IMG/VR virus record: IMGVR_UViG_3300011441_000001
Coordinates: 1 to 44,804 of that record
Length of the DNA: 44,804 bases
Origin: a virus
Taxonomy: Duplodnaviria > Caudoviricetes
Strand: one strand, 5' to 3'
The notes beneath the pieces are model-generated. The model was given only the letters and a program-made list of their open reading frames with translations. It had not been told where the DNA came from and ran no database searches. The position numbers were made by a program, and so were the translations under genes. Below are positions 1 to 8,747 of this stretch, in pieces (positions within the stretch are counted from its first letter, which is position 1; each line of letters opens with the position of its first letter).

Positions 1-123
1 ACCGATCAAAGCGGCATCGTTGGCGCTGTGGGGACACGCGACCCCGCGGGTGCACCGGCGGGTGCGGGTGGGTTCGGTCGCGGTTGTTGGGGCGCGGGAG
101 CGGTCAGCGCGGCCGGTGGAGTC
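1..123. repeat. Terminal direct repeat (copy 1), circular-assembly overlap
   Basis: Bases 1-123 are identical to 44682-44804, and the terminase ORF reads through the junction in frame. Confidence 0.97.
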
Positions 124-184
124 GGTGGAGCAGGCGAGGATGCGGGAGCAGATCGAGCGGGACCTAGCGAGGAGTGCCGGATGA
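1..184 (+). CDS. terL: Terminase large subunit, 3' end (continues from 43324 across the origin)
   Basis: The frame from 43324 continues ...ARPVESVEQARMREQIERDLARSAG* with TGA at 182-184, overlapping the ATG at 181. Confidence 0.88.
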   Translation, partial: PIKAASLALWGHATPRVHRRVRVGSVAVVGARERSARPVESVEQARMREQIERDLARSAG

Positions 185-423
185 TGAGCACGGCGGTCAT
201 GGCCCAGATCGAGCGTGAGACGGCTGAGGTTGACTTCGGCCAGGGTTCACGCCGTGTCGTCGCGGCGGTGCTGTATTACCCGGCACGGCTGGTCGGGTCG
301 CTCGTGGCCGGCCTGGTCTGGTGTGTCGCGGCGTGGCGGGTTGGCTACCGCGACGGGCGGGGCCGGCGCTCGCCGATGGCGCCGGCGGTGGCTGCGTTGG
401 TGCCGGATAGGACGACCCGATGA
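181..423 (+). CDS. Small hypothetical protein with a hydrophobic segment
   Basis: AGGAG RBS, ATGA overlap with the terL stop and ATGA overlap with the portal start; hydrophobic stretch VVAAVLYYPARLVGSLVAGLVWCVAAW. Confidence 0.7.
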   Translation: MMSTAVMAQIERETAEVDFGQGSRRVVAAVLYYPARLVGSLVAGLVWCVAAWRVGYRDGRGRRSPMAPAVAALVPDRTTR

Positions 424-1889
424 CGACTGCGCTGGAGCGGGTGAACACGGCGTACGCGTCGGCCGTCGCTCGCCCGCGCGCGGTCGGTGTCCGTAAGGCA
501 TGGTCGGAGCCACCATTCTGGGCGCTGGAGTCCTACCGGTCCTCGTTCGTCGGCGGGTCGCTGCCCGACCGGGAACGCCTAGAGCATGACTTCCGGGGCT
601 ATGTGCGGGGTGGCGGCAAAGCATCCGCCGTGGTATTCGCCTGTTTCTATGCACGGCTGCGCCACTATGCGCAGGCAACCTTCCAGTGGGAGAACCTGTT
701 TACCCGCCAACTGTTCGGCACCCCAGAACTGTCCATCGTGGACAGGCCCTGGCCGTCGGGAACCACCGGCGACCTACTCGCGTGGATGGAGGTAGATGCG
801 AGCTTCGCCGGCAACTCGTACTGGACATTCACCGATGATCTCGGTCGTTTCGGCCGGTCCGCGTCCGGCCCCACCCGTCGGCTGACCCGGATGCCGCCTG
901 ACTGGGTGTGGATCGTGCTGGGCTCACGCTCCGACGACCCGTACGCCCTGGACACGCGGATAGTCGCGTTCGTCTACGACCCCCGTGGGGTGTCGACCAT
1001 GGGCGGTTCCGCGACCGTCTCCGACCGGATGGTCACCCTCCTGCCCAACGAGGTCATGCACTACGCCCCGGTGCCCGACCCGGACGCCCGGTTTAGGGGC
1101 ATGAGTTGGCTCACCCCGATCCTGCGGGAGGTCGCCGCGGACCGGGCCGCCACCCAGCACAAGCTGAAGTTTTTCGAGCGGGGCGCGACGCTGCGCACGA
1201 TCGTCGCGTTGGACAAGGACATCGCCCCGGAGGCGTTTGACGAGTTCGTCGAGCGGTTTGAGGCACAGCATGAGGGTGTCGATAACGCGTTCGGGACCCT
1301 TTTCGTGGGTGGCGGCGCCGATGTGACCGTGACGAGCGCGAACCTGCAGGAGCTGGACTACCGGGCCGTGCAGGGCCAGGGCGAGACCCGCATCGCCGCG
1401 GCGGCTGGGGTGCACCCGGTCATCGTCGGGCTGTCGGAAGGGCTGGCCGGATCATCGTTGAATGCGGGCAACTACCGGGCCGCGGTGCGTAATTTCGGCG
1501 ACGGCACCTGCACCCACATGTGGCAGGTGACCGCGGCGAGCTTGCAGAATCTGCTCACGCCGCCCGCCGGGGCACGGCTGGTGGTGGACAAGCGGATGAT
1601 TCCGTTCCTGGCGGAGGACGCGCGGGACGTCGCCGAGATTCAGCAGGTGAAAGCGAACGCGTTGCGGGCGCTGGTTGACGCGGGGTTTGAGCCTGACGCG
1701 GCGGTGGAGTTTTTACGTAGCAACGACTTCGGGAAGCTGCTGGGCGCCCATACTGGTCTGTTCTCGGTGCAGCTGCAAGCCCCAACGGATGGTACGGCGC
1801 CGGCGTCTACGGGGGACGGGACGACTGAACAGGCGAGCTTCAACAGTTATGATCGTAAAGAGTTGGTGGCCATGGCGGAGAGGTGGTAG
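420..1889 (+). CDS. Portal protein (HK97 family)
   Basis: 489 aa; motifs GNSYW, EVMHY..PDP...FRGMSWL, FFERGA, IAAAAGVHP..VG; lies after terL. Confidence 0.93.
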   Translation: MTTALERVNTAYASAVARPRAVGVRKAWSEPPFWALESYRSSFVGGSLPDRERLEHDFRGYVRGGGKASAVVFACFYARLRHYAQATFQWENLFTRQLFGTPELSIVDRPWPSGTTGDLLAWMEVDASFAGNSYWTFTDDLGRFGRSASGPTRRLTRMPPDWVWIVLGSRSDDPYALDTRIVAFVYDPRGVSTMGGSATVSDRMVTLLPNEVMHYAPVPDPDARFRGMSWLTPILREVAADRAATQHKLKFFERGATLRTIVALDKDIAPEAFDEFVERFEAQHEGVDNAFGTLFVGGGADVTVTSANLQELDYRAVQGQGETRIAAAAGVHPVIVGLSEGLAGSSLNAGNYRAAVRNFGDGTCTHMWQVTAASLQNLLTPPAGARLVVDKRMIPFLAEDARDVAEIQQVKANALRALVDAGFEPDAAVEFLRSNDFGKLLGAHTGLFSVQLQAPTDGTAPASTGDGTTEQASFNSYDRKELVAMAERW

Positions 1890-3010
1890 CGGTGGACGTT
1901 AAGACCCTCCGTCATATCGAGATCAAGAACGACGACCGCGGCGAGGTCGAAGCGATATTCGCCACATTCAACGTCATCGACGCTGATGGGGATGTCACCC
2001 TACCGGGTGCGTTTGATGATAATGGCGAAGTTCCGATTTCCGCGTACGGCCATTCCTCCTGGGATCATGCGATGCCAGTTGGGAAGGCGCGAATCCGATC
2101 CACGGACCGGGAGGCCATCCTGTCCGGGCAGTTCTTCATGGACACCACGGCGGGACGCGACACATTCACCACAGTGAAGCACCTCGGTAAGATCGGTCAG
2201 TGGTCGTACGGTTATGATCCGGTGGAGTTCTCGTTCGGCCAAATGAACGGGCAAAAGGTCCGGTTCCTTCCAAAGCAAAAGGTGTTCGAGGTTTCGCCGG
2301 TGCTGCGCGGTGTCGGCGTTAACACCCGCACCCTATCGGCCAAGTCAGCCCAGCCCAGCACAGAAAGCGGCAGGAAGATGAGCGGCACGTCAGCGATGCG
2401 TCCCCATGAGACGGACGTGGTCAACCAGTCGTGGGACCGGGACGCGGTCGTGGTGGCGATCTCCGAAGGTGCCACCATCGCGGACCTGCGGTCCATGACG
2501 GCGTGGGTGGACCCGACCGGCGACCTCGAAACCAAGGACGCCTACCGGTTCTGGCACCACGGTGGACCTGGCGGTCAGGCCAACGTCCGGGCCTGCGTCG
2601 TGGGCATTGCGGTCCTCAACGGCGCCCGTGGTGTTGATGTTGCCTCGGCCCCGTGGGGGGAGGACCGGGACGGGATCTATGCCCACCTGGCCGGGCACAT
2701 CCGGGACGCGGACCGGGAGCCGCCGGAGCTTCGCGCCGCTGGTGGTAGCATCAAGGACGCTGGAGGCGGTGACCTCCTGAGTCAGATCGTGACGAGCCTG
2801 GTAGGCCCGCGTGAGGCGATCGCTGCTGTAGGTCGGCTGGTAGCCCCCACCGACGGCAGGCCCCGCAAGCTGTCGAATGTCAAAGCTGAGTACTTGTCCT
2901 GGTTGGACGAGGACCTGATGGCCCTGCACCGGCAGTTGCGTTCCTACCTGGACAGTCCGGACGATGAGGCGGTACGGGAGTACCTGCGGTTCGTCCAACA
3001 CAGCATCTGA
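1883..3010 (+). CDS. HK97-type prohead protease with a C-terminal extension
   Basis: FNVIDADGDV...GAF, YGH, PVGK, WSYGY, FEVSPVLRG; lies between portal and capsid. Confidence 0.9.
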   Translation: MVAVDVKTLRHIEIKNDDRGEVEAIFATFNVIDADGDVTLPGAFDDNGEVPISAYGHSSWDHAMPVGKARIRSTDREAILSGQFFMDTTAGRDTFTTVKHLGKIGQWSYGYDPVEFSFGQMNGQKVRFLPKQKVFEVSPVLRGVGVNTRTLSAKSAQPSTESGRKMSGTSAMRPHETDVVNQSWDRDAVVVAISEGATIADLRSMTAWVDPTGDLETKDAYRFWHHGGPGGQANVRACVVGIAVLNGARGVDVASAPWGEDRDGIYAHLAGHIRDADREPPELRAAGGSIKDAGGGDLLSQIVTSLVGPREAIAAVGRLVAPTDGRPRKLSNVKAEYLSWLDEDLMALHRQLRSYLDSPDDEAVREYLRFVQHSI

Positions 3011-3046
3011 CGGGAGCGCTCGCGCCCCGACAAGAAGGGGCTACTG

Positions 3047-4282
3047 ATGGCGTTTCCGGCGCTGAAAGACGCGCGTGAGAGGCTCGAAAGCAAGCGGCAC
3101 GAGCTGCATTTGATCTTCGGTGAGGCTGGCGCAGAGCTGGACTTCACTCGGGTCAAGAGCGTGAAGGGCACCACCCGCGAGGTCGCCGCGCACGTGCGGG
3201 CACTGAACGACGAGATGACCGACATCTCCAAGGAGATCGCGGACCTCGAAGGCGTCGAGAAGGCGGTCAAGACCAGCCAACGGCCTGAGCAGAAAGCCGG
3301 CCGGGAATCGGGGGACGACCGTCGCGACGGCGCTACCCCGTCGGGTCGGGCCGAGTACAAGAGCTTCGGTCAGCATTTCATCGAGTCGAATGCATTCACG
3401 AAGCGTCAGGGGCAACAGGGCCCGGTGGCGGTCATCGATATCGAGCTGAAGACGCTGATGACGACCACTGCGGGTTTCGACCCGGAGGAGACCCGTACCG
3501 GTAAGATCGTTGAGATCGCGACCCGCCCGGTCCAGGTGACCCAGTTGGTGCCGCAGACGACCACGACCCAGTCGGCGGTCAAGTACATGGAGGAGACGAC
3601 CCTCACCAATGCTGCGGCCGAGGCCGCTGAGGGCGGCACCTATCCGGAGGCGGCGCTTGCCTACACCGAGCGCACGGCAATCGTGCGGAAGATCCCCGTA
3701 TTCTTGCCGGTCACAGACGAGCAGCTGGAGGACGAGCCACAGGTACGTGGTCTGATCGACAACCGGCTACGGTTCATGATCGCGCAGCGTCTCGACGGGC
3801 AGATCCTCACCGGTAACGGCACCCCGCCGAACCTGACCGGGATCCTCAACACAGCGGGAATTCAAACCCAGGCGAAGGGTGTCGACCCCACCCCGGACGC
3901 TGTTTACAAGGCGATGACGAAGGTTCGGGTCACGGGGCGTGCCATCGTCAGCGCGGTGGTCATGCATCCGAACGACTGGCAGGACGTGCGTCTACTTCGG
4001 ACCGCCGACGGGATCTACATCTGGGGCAACCCCTCGGATGCCGGCCCTGAGCGGATCTGGGGCGTGCAGGTCGTGCTCGCCGACGCCCTCACCGAGAACA
4101 CCGGCCTGGTAGGGGATTTCCCGAACTTCTCGGAGTTGAGCGTGCGGCGTGGTGTCGAGGTGCAGGTGAGCAATTCTCACGGCACGTTCTTCGTCGAGGG
4201 CAAGCTCGCGATCCGGGCCGACATGCGTACCGCGTTCATCCTCTACCGGCCGGCTGCTTTCTGCACGGTGACGGGTATCTGA
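3047..4282 (+). CDS. Major capsid protein (HK97 fold, N-terminal delta domain)
   Basis: N-terminal coiled coil; AEGGTYPE, ILTGNGT..NLTGIL, VMHPNDW, IWGVQVV, VGDF, RPAAF. Confidence 0.96.
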   Translation: MAFPALKDARERLESKRHELHLIFGEAGAELDFTRVKSVKGTTREVAAHVRALNDEMTDISKEIADLEGVEKAVKTSQRPEQKAGRESGDDRRDGATPSGRAEYKSFGQHFIESNAFTKRQGQQGPVAVIDIELKTLMTTTAGFDPEETRTGKIVEIATRPVQVTQLVPQTTTTQSAVKYMEETTLTNAAAEAAEGGTYPEAALAYTERTAIVRKIPVFLPVTDEQLEDEPQVRGLIDNRLRFMIAQRLDGQILTGNGTPPNLTGILNTAGIQTQAKGVDPTPDAVYKAMTKVRVTGRAIVSAVVMHPNDWQDVRLLRTADGIYIWGNPSDAGPERIWGVQVVLADALTENTGLVGDFPNFSELSVRRGVEVQVSNSHGTFFVEGKLAIRADMRTAFILYRPAAFCTVTGI

Positions 4283-4540
4283 TGTCTGTGACGGCTGCGA
4301 GGGTCACGGCGAGCACGTCGGCCGTGGCCCTCAACACGGCCGACACAGCTGGCATGACCCTTGCACTGAAGAACACCTCAGCGAACGCGGCCGACCTTGG
4401 CCCGTCCACCGTCACCGCCGGTGCTGGTTTCGACCTGGCCGCTGGGGCAACGGTCACGGTCCCGCTCCGGTGCGGGCGATGTGTTGTTTGCGATCCGGTC
4501 GGCTGGCGCCGACGCGACGATCGCCGTCCTGCGAACGTAG
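4282..4540 (+). pseudogene. Small virion-type protein with an apparent 1-nt frameshift near 4468
   Basis: Skipping one C at ~4468 gives ...TVTVPL-GAGDVLFAIRSAGADATIAVLRT* (TAG 4538-4540), directly followed by the AGGAGAGGAG RBS of the next gene. Confidence 0.65.
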
Positions 4541-4555
4541 AGGAGAGGAGCATTC

Positions 4556-4954
4556 ATGCCTGTCATTGATGCCACGGCCCGGCTCAAGACCCTCCAGGCC
4601 GAGTACGACTTCGCCGTCGACGCCGGTGCGACCGGCACGATCACGCTGCGGGCTGCTCCCGGTGAAAGCGAAGGCAATTATCTGCCGGCTGGTGTGGTCG
4701 TTGTATCCGGCTATGTTGATGTGGAGACCGCGGTCGCTTCGGCCACGGGAACGGTTGCATTGGCTGCGGAGGCGGCAGCGGACATCCTCGCCGCCACCGG
4801 TCAGGCCGGATTGACAGTGGGCCGCAAGTCGGTGATCCCGGCTGCCACCGGCGCCACTGCGGTTAAGACCACGGTAGCCCGCAGTATCACCATGACCATC
4901 GCCACTGCGGTATTGACAGCCGGTAAGTTCCGCGTGATCTTGTTCTACAAGTGA
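4556..4954 (+). CDS. Hypothetical, probable capsid decoration/cement beta-sandwich protein
   Basis: Strong RBS; Ala/Thr/Val-rich beta-type sequence; lies just after the capsid gene. Confidence 0.6.
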   Translation: MPVIDATARLKTLQAEYDFAVDAGATGTITLRAAPGESEGNYLPAGVVVVSGYVDVETAVASATGTVALAAEAAADILAATGQAGLTVGRKSVIPAATGATAVKTTVARSITMTIATAVLTAGKFRVILFYK

Positions 4955-4973
4955 AAGGAGTTGTGGGGGGGGA

Positions 4974-5249
4974 ATGATCCCGGATCGCCACTGGTGGCGC
5001 ACCGCCGACGGGCGGCTCGTACCGCATGGTCACCCTGATGCGTTGTTCCTGGCCTATGCCAAGGGCATTGAAGTGCCGGACCACTTGGCCGAGCAGATCG
5101 GTCTCGCTCCCGCGGTGCGGAGCTTCGCTCGCGCTGAGGAGCCCGAGGACCCCGGCAAGCAGGCCAGCCCGCCGGCGGACAAGATGGCGGCCAAACCGGC
5201 CGACAAGTCCGGGTCTCAACCGGGCACTAAAATAGAGGATGAGAGCTAG
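4974..5249 (+). CDS. Hypothetical protein (head region)
   Basis: RBS AAGGAG; C-terminal PADK repeats typical of small post-capsid genes. Confidence 0.7.
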   Translation: MIPDRHWWRTADGRLVPHGHPDALFLAYAKGIEVPDHLAEQIGLAPAVRSFARAEEPEDPGKQASPPADKMAAKPADKSGSQPGTKIEDES

Positions 5250-5251
5250 TC

Positions 5252-5578
5252 ATGACATGTGGTGACGCTGCAAACGCCTGGGTACCGTCCCTTGTCGGCT
5301 CGGTGTGGACCGGCACCGTCGGAGAGCAAGACCTGGCGGCCACGTTCGCGTCGCTACTGAAGCCCGCCGCGAGCGTGGTGGGGGCGATCCCGGCGATCGG
5401 GACCTGGTCGAAAGACTCGGTTGGGTTCCACTGGACGGCCGCGTTGGAGGGCTACACGTGGCACTTCACCGTGACCGCCGAAGCCTGCAACGAGGCCGGG
5501 GATGTGACCGCTGCGGTGGGTTCCGCGGTCGACGGGTTGGACAACACCCACCCGGTGTCGATGACCCGCACCATCTAG
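5252..5578 (+). CDS. Hypothetical protein
   Basis: Tightly packed ORF with good codon usage. Confidence 0.65.
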   Translation: MTCGDAANAWVPSLVGSVWTGTVGEQDLAATFASLLKPAASVVGAIPAIGTWSKDSVGFHWTAALEGYTWHFTVTAEACNEAGDVTAAVGSAVDGLDNTHPVSMTRTI

Positions 5579-5593
5579 GGAGCGCGCGCAGAA

Positions 5594-5827
5594 ATGAGCA
5601 TGGACCTTCCGTGGGAAATCGAGGCCGAAGACACCTACGACGACAACGGCAAGCCGTTAGGGCGCACAGATTCCATCCGCATCGATGCTGCTCCGCTGGA
5701 CAACTGGGCCGGTTGGGTTGAGATCACGACGACCGGCCAAGTGTTCCTGTCGCCCGAACGGGCCCGACAGGCGATCGCCGCCATAGAGGCGGCACTGGAG
5801 CGAGGCGATGGATCTCTATCTGACTGA
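5594..5827 (+). CDS. Hypothetical protein
   Basis: GGGAG RBS; overlaps the next gene. Confidence 0.6.
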   Translation: MSMDLPWEIEAEDTYDDNGKPLGRTDSIRIDAAPLDNWAGWVEITTTGQVFLSPERARQAIAAIEAALERGDGSLSD

Positions 5828-6350
5828 GCCGGTCGGGCCGTTCCCCGTTGCGATCGGCGCCGCGTTCGGCTCGTTCACCGCCCGCCAGGACGTGTCACCC
5901 CAGCCGTTGCCGTTCGTCCAGGCCGGCAAGCTCCGCCTCGGCGCCAAAATCAAGATCGAGGCGGAGGGCGAGTTCTCCACCACCGGCACCCCCACCCTCG
6001 TACTCGGGCTCTACATCGGCACCGTGGCCGGGGCGATCACCACGGTGCTGGCGGAGTCGTCCGCGATCACTACCGGGTCCGGGGCCGCGGCCTGGCCGTG
6101 GCGACTGGAGTACCGCGGCATCATCACCGCCATGGGCGTGTCCGGCCAGATCGTAGGGATGGGCAACCTCGAGCTGGGCACGTCGTTGACCGCGATCAGC
6201 TCGGTGCCGATCCCGATCACCGCCGCGCTGCGGACGGTCACGTGGGACACCACCATTGCCCGTGCGGTGGGCGTGTGCGCCACCTGGGGTACCAGCTCCG
6301 CGTCGAATACGGTACGGACGTTGAATCATTCGGTTTTGATCCTCAACTAG
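5808..6350 (+). CDS. Hypothetical, probable virion beta-sandwich protein
   Basis: Thr/Gly/Ala-rich, strong GC3 bias, in the late operon. Confidence 0.65.
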   Translation: MDLYLTEPVGPFPVAIGAAFGSFTARQDVSPQPLPFVQAGKLRLGAKIKIEAEGEFSTTGTPTLVLGLYIGTVAGAITTVLAESSAITTGSGAAAWPWRLEYRGIITAMGVSGQIVGMGNLELGTSLTAISSVPIPITAALRTVTWDTTIARAVGVCATWGTSSASNTVRTLNHSVLILN

Positions 6351-6363
6351 TAGGAGAGCTTCG

Positions 6364-6651
6364 ATGAGTGTGGGTTTCTCGGCGACCAAGGCCGACTTCG
6401 ACGCGAAAGCCGGTTCGCTGGCGCTGGCCCTGCGGCAGGCATTGGCCAACATCAAGGAGTTTCAGGCTGTGCTGGCCGCGACCGCGGATGCGACCCTGAC
6501 CGCCGACGGGTACACCTCCGGCGAGGTCGCCACCCTGAAGTCCGCCTACACCGATCTGGACAAGCTGCGGACCATCTACGAGGGCACCCAGACCCAGGGC
6601 TCCACCTACGACTTCCGGCAGTTCGCGAAGCTGCTCACCGGCGTGGTGTAA
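6364..6651 (+). CDS. Hypothetical helical protein (probable virion component)
   Basis: AGGAG RBS; strong codon bias. Confidence 0.7.
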   Translation: MSVGFSATKADFDAKAGSLALALRQALANIKEFQAVLAATADATLTADGYTSGEVATLKSAYTDLDKLRTIYEGTQTQGSTYDFRQFAKLLTGVV

Positions 6652-6667
6652 CCCCCCGCATGGGGGG
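6652..6667 (+). other. Intergenic hairpin
   Basis: CCCCCC-GCAT-GGGGGG directly after the stop codon. Confidence 0.45.
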
Positions 6668-6688
6668 ACGCGGTTGGTGAGGAGCTAA

Positions 6689-8146
6689 ATGGCTACGCTG
6701 GCCGAAACCGTCTGGTATGAGGGCGTCAGTGCCTCACCGCTGACCGTCGTCAAACCGGGCGGTTTCGAACCGGGCCAGATCCTCATCGCGGTCATCGTCG
6801 GCTTCAACAGCCCGCTCAGCGAGCTGACCGCACCGGGCGACTGGACCGAAAAGGGCTCCTACACCAACGTCAACAACTACAGCGGCAAAGTCTTTGTCCA
6901 CGCCTATGATGCTGGCGATCCGGCGACCTGGGACTTCACTTACAACGCGGCCGATTCGGTGTGCCTGGCGTTGTTGCGGTGCGCGAACTCCGAGGCCGCC
7001 TTGGTGGTCACCACCCGTGTCACCGACGCCATGTTCTCCTCTGAGGACAGTCCTTCGGTCACTCCCACCGCGGGTAACGATCTGCTGATCTGCCTGCTGT
7101 CCCAGGGCGAGTGGTTCGACCACTTCACCCATGTCGTACCCGTGGGCATGTCCTACAGTGGACAGACAACCAATACTTACCTTGCGTTGGTCGCCGCCGC
7201 CGAGCAGCTGTCCAGCCCCGCACCCACCGGGGTCCGAACGTGGACCAGCCTGGATACCGGTGGCAGTGGTGTCGGCGGATTGTCGATCGCGGTCGCGTCG
7301 ACCGCACCCGAACCTGACCTCTACCTGCCCGGTAAGGACCTGCCACCGCACCTGATCTACCGGCTGTTCGCGCGTAAACGGTCCCTGGAAGTCTCACCCA
7401 TCCCCATCGTCGGGCACGTCGCGACCGGTGCTGTGGCGGTGGGTACCACGTCCTGCGCCGCGGCTTACCCCCCGGGTATTGAAGCTGGCGATGCCTTGTG
7501 GCTGGGTGGGGGCGCCTGCCACTCCACTGTGGTCACCTTTCCGGTCATCTCCGGCTGGACCCTCATCTACGATCTAGAGTTGGGTGGTGGAGCCATCGGC
7601 GCCGGCACCGGCCCGCGCCGGGTCGGGCTGTACTACCGCCTCGCCGACGGGACCGAAACGGGCACCGTCACCGTCACCCCCACCGGCGGCTCGGACGTGG
7701 TGCAGGCCTCCATCACCTGCTGGCGACCCACCACAGGCAAAGTATTCAGCGTCATCTACGAGTTCGGGCAGGACACCAGCCCCGGCGCGCCAACTTCCGT
7801 CGGGGCTGGCAGCCTCCTCGGCGAGACCGCAGGCGACGTGATGCTGGTCTTCACCGTGCAACCCGCCGACACGAACATCAGCAGCCAGACAATGAACGCC
7901 ACCGGCGCCACCTACGGGACTCCGGTCGAGCACGTTGACACCGGCACCACCACTGGCGATGACCAACGCTGCTCCTGGGTGTCCCGGCCCATCACCGCCG
8001 GCACAGCCATCGCGGCCACCGTGTACACGGCCACGTCCACCCAGTCTGCCGGGTGCCTGTTCCTGCGCCTGCGGGAGGCCGCCCCCCCTGCCGGTAGCGC
8101 GGAACACCCGCCGTTCATGACCAGCCAATATGCTGGCTACTACTAG
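6689..8146 (+). CDS. Probable virion surface protein with two related beta-rich domains
   Basis: GAGGAG RBS; paralogous segments KPGGFEPGQILIAVI..GDWT and YPPGIEAGDALWL..SGWT. Confidence 0.65.
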   Translation: MATLAETVWYEGVSASPLTVVKPGGFEPGQILIAVIVGFNSPLSELTAPGDWTEKGSYTNVNNYSGKVFVHAYDAGDPATWDFTYNAADSVCLALLRCANSEAALVVTTRVTDAMFSSEDSPSVTPTAGNDLLICLLSQGEWFDHFTHVVPVGMSYSGQTTNTYLALVAAAEQLSSPAPTGVRTWTSLDTGGSGVGGLSIAVASTAPEPDLYLPGKDLPPHLIYRLFARKRSLEVSPIPIVGHVATGAVAVGTTSCAAAYPPGIEAGDALWLGGGACHSTVVTFPVISGWTLIYDLELGGGAIGAGTGPRRVGLYYRLADGTETGTVTVTPTGGSDVVQASITCWRPTTGKVFSVIYEFGQDTSPGAPTSVGAGSLLGETAGDVMLVFTVQPADTNISSQTMNATGATYGTPVEHVDTGTTTGDDQRCSWVSRPITAGTAIAATVYTATSTQSAGCLFLRLREAAPPAGSAEHPPFMTSQYAGYY

Positions 8147-8220
8147 GCGGGCCGTGGCGGCTGGCCCGCAGCCGGCGCATACGATCAGCCCATACAAGCC
8201 GCGGTCACTAAGGAGCGCTC

Positions 8221-8688
8221 ATGGCCCGATACACCGCCACAGTGGAGTCCGCAGCTGCGATCGCTGCGGACACTGCCTTCGCGTGGCTGCGGCCCGTTGC
8301 CGGTTCCGGCGGGAAACTGCGCCGGGTCACCGTGGGCTGTGTCGCCGGCACCGGTGTGCCGACCAGCATGCAGGCCCAGCTGGGCATCGCCCGGATCACC
8401 AACGCCGGCACCACCCCCGGTGGTTCGATCACCGGCGCCAAGATGGACCCCAACACCCCCATCGCCTCGTGCCTGTTCCACACCACCTACGCCACCCCGC
8501 CTACCGTGACGTCACCGGACGGATGGAAGGTCCCGTTCAATACCCAGAGTGGCGCGGACCTGCCCTGGGAAGGCATCGAAGAACTCATCTTCGCGGCAGG
8601 CACAACCGACGGGTTCGCATTTTTCAACCGCGACAACGCCATGCCATCAGCCCACAAGCTCGTCCTATCGGCCGAGTGGGAAGAGTAA
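8221..8688 (+). CDS. Hypothetical, probable virion beta-sandwich protein
   Basis: AAGGAG RBS; jelly-roll-like sequence pattern ending AEWEE. Confidence 0.7.
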   Translation: MARYTATVESAAAIAADTAFAWLRPVAGSGGKLRRVTVGCVAGTGVPTSMQAQLGIARITNAGTTPGGSITGAKMDPNTPIASCLFHTTYATPPTVTSPDGWKVPFNTQSGADLPWEGIEELIFAAGTTDGFAFFNRDNAMPSAHKLVLSAEWEE

Positions 8689-8747
8689 CCACTAACTCGC
8701 TCGTCGAGGTCGTTGCCGTTCGGCAGGCTTGGCCAGGGAGGTAGCTC

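Noticed and set aside
4965-4972. G8 tract (also G7 at 42190) as a phase-variation switch
   Set aside because: Short homopolymers are expected at this GC content, and there is no evidence of length variation.
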